This document shows, piece by piece, positions 63,101-64,000 of a stretch of DNA of 64,000 nucleotides (position 1 is the first letter of the stretch; each line of letters begins with the position of its first letter). Under the pieces are notes generated by a model. The model ran no database searches and had not been told where the DNA came from. It saw only the letters and a list, made by a program, of their open reading frames with translations. The position numbers were made by a program, and so were the translations under genes. The DNA comes from Felis catus (Eukaryota), in the NCBI RefSeq assembly GCF_018350175.1, contig NC_058382.1, positions 49,230,001 through 49,294,000 of the forward strand, written 5' to 3'.

Positions 63101-63130
63101 TAAATAGATGATAAACCAGTGTCTAGAAAC
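60120..63130 (+). mobile_element. Degenerate L1M ORF2 (RT region), interrupted by Can-SINEs (60343+, 60783+, 61544+, 61750-) and an antisense L1M 3' fragment (~61470-62290)
   Basis: aaatcaatgaaaccaaaa...tttgacaatttagatgaaatgaac..attccttgaaagacacaaactaccaaaactca...gatcatctcagtaaatgcagaaaa...gcttaatattgttaagatg...actacctgatttcaagacttattataaag. No long ORF remains. Confidence 0.82.
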
Positions 63131-63139
63131 AAACAAAAA

Positions 63140-64000
63140 AAGCAAATAAATATATTCAAATATGTATTTTATATAACACTTTATCGAGCCATAATCCACA
63201 AAACATATAGTTAGTCCATTTAAAGTGTATAATTCAATGGTTTTAAGTGTATTCGCCAAGTTTTGCAATCAACACCACAATCAATTTTAGAACATTTTCG
63301 TCATCCTGAAAAGAAACCCAATATCCATTAGAAGTAACTTCTTAATCCTCTCATTACGCTTCCCTACCCAGCCCTAAGAAACCACTACTTTACTTTCTAC
63401 CTCTATAGATCTGCCAATTTATTTCCACATCCTATAAATGGAATGATAAAATATGTGACCTTTGGTGCCTGGTTTCATTCACTTAGCATAATGTTTTCAA
63501 GGCCCATCTAGGTTATAGCACATATGAGTATTCAATTTCTTTTTATTGATGAGTAATAATCCATTTTACGGATAACACACTTATCATTTATCCACACATT
63601 ACTTGATTAATCTTTAAGTTGTTTCCACTTCTTGGCTGTTGTGAGTAAGGCCGCTATAAACATTCATTACGAGTTTTTATGTAGACATGCGTTTTTATTT
63701 CCTTAGGGGTAGAACTGTGGCAACTCAATATTTGACATTTTGAGGAACCGTCAGATAGTTTTCCAAAGTGGATGCACTATTTTCCATTTTCACCAGAAGT
63801 GTATGAGGGGTCTAATTTTCCTACATCCTCACCAACATCTGTTGTTGGCTGTTGTTGCTACCATCCTAGGGGTGTGGAGTGATATCTGATTGCAGTTTTC
63901 ATCCTTACTTCCCTGATGGCTAATGATGTTGAGCATCTTTTCATATGCTTATTGGCCATTTGTTTGTTTTCTTGGAGAAATGCCTATTCAGACCCTTTGC
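63140..64000 (-). mobile_element. L1M 3' region, antisense
   Basis: ttaaagtgtataattcaatggtttt...ttttccaaagtgg...tttccattttcaccag...ttccctgatggctaatgatgttgagcatcttttcatatgcttattggccatttg. Confidence 0.82.

Overview
Mammalian (Felidae-type) genomic DNA, judged from about 45 feline-style Can-SINE (SINEC_Fc-like) copies and a carnivore L1 3' end. The window holds the 5' part of FA2H (fatty acid 2-hydroxylase) on the minus strand: a CpG-island promoter at about 47.3-48.2 kb and coding exons 1-5 (47395-47664, 21349-21441, 9350-9492, 8432-8538, 190-362). All junctions are GT-AG, and the exons splice into an open 262-codon frame with the cytochrome b5 HPGG motif and the first His boxes. The remaining exons lie left of the window. 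The rest is intronic or upstream intergenic DNA dominated by Can-SINEs, L1, L2, MIR, MLT1 LTRs, hAT MITEs and microsatellites. Almost all other ORFs in the track look like GC-content or SINE artefacts. I see no new multi-gene system. The best leads are regulatory: a 3x GC-box + TATA element pointing antisense inside intron 1, an octamer/dual-CCAAT/E2-box promoter with a possible overlapping uORF, and inverted SINEs around the in-frame exon 2. There are also several unusual retrotransposition scars. Repeat family names come from recalled consensus sequences and their boundaries are approximate.
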